64,000 bases of DNA from Salinisphaera sp. Its GTDB lineage: Bacteria; Pseudomonadota; Gammaproteobacteria; Nevskiales; Salinisphaeraceae. Both the position numbers and the translations under genes were made by a program. The notes beneath the pieces were generated by a model, which had not been told where the DNA came from, did no database searches, and worked only from the letters and a program-made list of their open reading frames with translations. Where the stretch lies: assembly GCA_027858915.1 (NCBI GenBank), contig JAQIBT010000147.1, forward strand, positions 1,855 through 65,854, given 5' to 3'. Positions 61,233 to 64,000 of this stretch are shown one piece after another (position 1 is the stretch's first letter; each line of letters starts with the position of its first letter).

Positions 61233-61292
61233 CGACCCGCAACGGTAATCTGAATTTTAGTTCAGCTCGTTTCTGGCTTTGGTAGCTTCCTG

Positions 61293-61322
61293 AAGCGGCG
61301 TACTGATGTACGCCGCTTTTTT
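61293..61322 (+). terminator. Rho-independent terminator
   Basis: Perfect 11-bp stem aagcggcgtac/gtacgccgctt plus T-run. Confidence 0.85.
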
Positions 61323-61448
61323 AGTGCGTCAGTTCCAGCGTTGGCGGACAAAGCGTTGTCGATTTTCCTTCCTCCGTCCGCCGATCCTGAGATGCCGGCA
61401 TCTATGGCATGTCTTCAAAACACCTGCGGTCTCAAGGACGCTGCCTGC

Positions 61449-63098
61449 CTAGAAACGACCTGCCCGCGTGGGCTCCCCGGTCTGCGGATTCAGGATCAAG
61501 CGATGCATGTCACGGCGATGTTCGCCGCGCTCACGCTCGCCATGGTCATGATGACCGTCGCTGAACCGGAACATGCTCATCAGAGAACCGGCCTTGGCGT
61601 CGGCGGAACCGCTGCCCAGACGACCCAGTTTCCAGTTGTCTTCGATGAACCGGAGGATCGAGGACTGGTCGGTCACGCTGTGATCGACGTAGTTGACGCG
61701 GGACCAGGGCGAAACGACCAGCAGAGGCAGACGCGGACCATATCCACAGCGGTCCTGTTGCTGGATGCTGCTCGCTGACGACCCATCCGGCTGGGTGCAG
61801 GTGCCGTTATTGATCAAGGCGTCGTTCTGCTGATCGTTGGACTGGTTGACGATCGGCCCCATGACGTGGTCGTACCAACCATCCGAATCGTCATAGGCGA
61901 TGACCACCGCCGTACTGGCCCACTCGGGCGACTTCTGCAGCCGGTTGATGGTCTGCACCAGGAAATGCTGCTCGTCCAGCGGATCGGAATAGGCAGCATG
62001 GCCATCCTGATAACCGGAGGCCTTGAGGAAACTCACCGCCGGCAGATTGCCGGAATTCACCGCATGCCAGAAATCGGTCAGCGCGTACTGGTGATTCGCC
62101 TGGTCCTGGTGCCCGATCATCGCAACCGATGTCGGCGGCAGATGATGCGGGTTCGAGGTGGACTTGTAGTACTGGAACGGCTCGTGATGCGGAATGTAAT
62201 CCGTCACCTGCACGCCGCCGACGTTGGCGTGCTGGGACCCGCATACGGCCTTGCCGTTGTCCGCCGAAGTCGGCCGGAAGCCGCCCTCGAACCAACCCCA
62301 GGTGATCCCTTTCTTGTTAAGCAGATTGCCCACGTTCGGCCCGTGCATTGAGACCGTCGGATACTTACCTGGCGAACAATCATCGAAGGTGGGGTTCGGG
62401 TCGTTGATGACCGTGCCGATCCCCTGGCCGTTCGTGTTGACCACACCATAGGTATCGGTTGCGGGCTGACTGGAAAGCCCGCCATAGGTCTGACCCGCGA
62501 CCAGATTGAGAGCGCCCGGCGTCGACGGACCGAAGCTCGTACCAAAGGAGTCATCGCTCATCGCAAAGTGCTGCGCATAATTCCACAGCGCGGTGACCGT
62601 GTTGCCGTCGTAGTAATCCATCACCAGACCCGGCTTGCCCACCTCAGGCGCTGCACAGCTGGACCGGTTGGTGTTTTCCACGAAACGATCCATCAGACCG
62701 CCGTCGAATGCCTTCTGCTCCGCCGTGTAACCATGATCCTGGTCGCAGGTCAGCGGTTCACTGTGGCTCAGGCGCTGCGGGTTGTACTGGTTCGGGTTGT
62801 GGTTGAGCAAGTAAGCGTTCAGGCCATTGACCGACGGCGTATCCGCGGCGGCGTGGAACTGCGGCACCCCCGCAGGATTCTTCGCATTCGGATAGGTGCC
62901 AAAGTAATGGTCGAAAGACACGTTCTCCTGAAAGATCACGACAACATGCTTGATCGGTGTCGTCGTCTGGCTCGGCTGGTCGGAATGACCATGGCCGAAA
63001 CGGGCCTGTGAATGCTGCGCCAGCACAGGCGTGGAAACCAGACACGCGGCAAACGCCGCGCTGCCCAGCGACAGTTTCATATTCACTGAATGTTTCAT
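61449..63098 (-). CDS. Secreted phosphoesterase / phospholipase C (AcpA-like)
   Basis: PIKHVVVIFQENVSFDHYFG, DQDHGY, STPGA, HHEPFQY, LPAVSF, YDDSDGWYDH, G.GPR.P, DQSSILRFIE. Confidence 0.88.
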   Translation of the reverse strand: MKHSVNMKLSLGSAAFAACLVSTPVLAQHSQARFGHGHSDQPSQTTTPIKHVVVIFQENVSFDHYFGTYPNAKNPAGVPQFHAAADTPSVNGLNAYLLNHNPNQYNPQRLSHSEPLTCDQDHGYTAEQKAFDGGLMDRFVENTNRSSCAAPEVGKPGLVMDYYDGNTVTALWNYAQHFAMSDDSFGTSFGPSTPGALNLVAGQTYGGLSSQPATDTYGVVNTNGQGIGTVINDPNPTFDDCSPGKYPTVSMHGPNVGNLLNKKGITWGWFEGGFRPTSADNGKAVCGSQHANVGGVQVTDYIPHHEPFQYYKSTSNPHHLPPTSVAMIGHQDQANHQYALTDFWHAVNSGNLPAVSFLKASGYQDGHAAYSDPLDEQHFLVQTINRLQKSPEWASTAVVIAYDDSDGWYDHVMGPIVNQSNDQQNDALINNGTCTQPDGSSASSIQQQDRCGYGPRLPLLVVSPWSRVNYVDHSVTDQSSILRFIEDNWKLGRLGSGSADAKAGSLMSMFRFSDGHHDHGERERGEHRRDMHRLILNPQTGEPTRAGRF

Positions 63099-63660
63099 TG
63101 AATTCCCCAATGTCAGTTGTTGTTGCGGCTCTGCACCAGATGCTGAACAGATCTTAAGTTGCGTCGCCGTTCAGCAATCGATGCGCGCGACGAAGGCCGA
63201 TGCGCCAGCTCGCGAGTGATACCACCTGGCAATAAGCCAGACCTGGCAAGTTAGTCGACTTCTATGACAGTTTGGTGATGCCGGCTCACACGCTTTATTT
63301 GACCCAGACGCACGTCGATATCGCGAGCAAGTCGGCCATAACGCCGACAGCGGTCGAGTCGCTGCCGGAACCACTCACCGCACGAATTCGTGGGCCGCAA
63401 AATCGGCTGTGATGTGCGCGAATGGCTGCTGTCGGCCCACACCGAAAGCGGCAAGCTGGGCATCGTAGTCGGACGTTTCGACCACGACCCGGCGCTGCAA
63501 AGATCGCGCGACCTCGCGGTCAGCGAGTACAGCCATGACGTACCGGCAATGCAAGCAACCCCAACGGCAGCCGTTTCCACCCAGCCCAGCCTTAATTGAG
63601 GCGGCGTGACCATTCTTTGGATATTTAGTCGCCAGAGTAATAATTCTGTATGTGCTACTG

Positions 63661-64000
63661 CTACCAAAAGCTGTAGCGCGGATCATCGGTCATCGCAACG
63701 AGCGGCGTTGTGGCGACAACGCGCGTACCCAGCTTAACAACCAGGTGCCCGATCAATTGCCCCTTCTGGATTGGCGCCTTGATCGAACCGGGCAGCTCCA
63801 CACTCGCTTTCAGCTGCGAATATTGCCCACGTGGCACTGTCGCATAAAGCGTGTGCCGCAGCCCCAAATCAACCTTATCCTTGGCGCCGTGTGCCACGCT
63901 CGCCTTGATCACTGACTGTCCCGCATCGTAGAGCTTGTGCGTGGAATAGAAGCGGAAGCCATAGTCCAGCAACGAACCCGTCACGCGCGCCAGGTTAATG
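63661..64000 (-). CDS. D-alanyl-D-alanine carboxypeptidase, C-terminal part (5' end outside window)
   Basis: LLDYGFRFY..KL, APIQKGQ.IG.L, PLVA PBP5_C features. Confidence 0.8.
   Translation of the reverse strand, partial: INLARVTGSLLDYGFRFYSTHKLYDAGQSVIKASVAHGAKDKVDLGLRHTLYATVPRGQYSQLKASVELPGSIKAPIQKGQLIGHLVVKLGTRVVATTPLVAMTDDPRYSFW

Noticed and set aside
63111-63660. 550-bp gap containing several overlapping 70-140 aa ORFs on both strands
   Set aside because: No motif, no consistent RBS, and the frames conflict. Left unannotated.

Overview
A GC-rich gammaproteobacterial chromosomal window. Gene order and protein style suggest a moderately halophilic lineage such as Salinisphaerales, which is inference only. 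(1) 1-11 kb: aldo-keto reductase, Leu/Phe/Val dehydrogenase with a sigma54-type promoter, an orphan TonB-ExbB-ExbD-ExbD operon, a DUF4892-OmpA protein, fadBA, and a divergent phasin with a histone-like tail. (2) 11-20.6 kb: ArsR-methyltransferase, a DedA/VTT protein, and an atypical Mrp/Mnh Na+/H+ antiporter operon (E-F-G-B'-B-C-D-D-small ORF-D). (3) 20.7-36.6 kb: conserved core dnaQ-rnhA-yafS / gloB-mltD-fabI / ppiD-tRNA-Asp-tRNA-Val-hupB-lon-clpX-clpP-tig, plus tRNA-Lys and tRNA-His. A 273-bp cruciform MITE-like element with CTAG ends sits behind fabI. (4) 37-43 kb: accessory genes, including a DUF72 gene interrupted by an in-frame TGA. (5) 43-57 kb: a co-oriented glycerol-to-glycogen cluster (glpD'-fbp-fbaB-pmm/pgm'-glpF-glycerol SBP-glpK-glgC-glgA-glgB) in which glpD and the phosphomutase carry large deletions. 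(6) 57-64 kb: CopG-like regulator plus C45 Ntn-hydrolase with a palindromic operator, amn, a Met-rich peptidoglycan-binding protein, a phosphoesterase/PLC, and the 3' end of a D-Ala-D-Ala carboxypeptidase. No CRISPR array, rRNA, intact transposase, integrase or prophage gene was seen. Many starts were moved from the ORF track to the RBS-supported codon.
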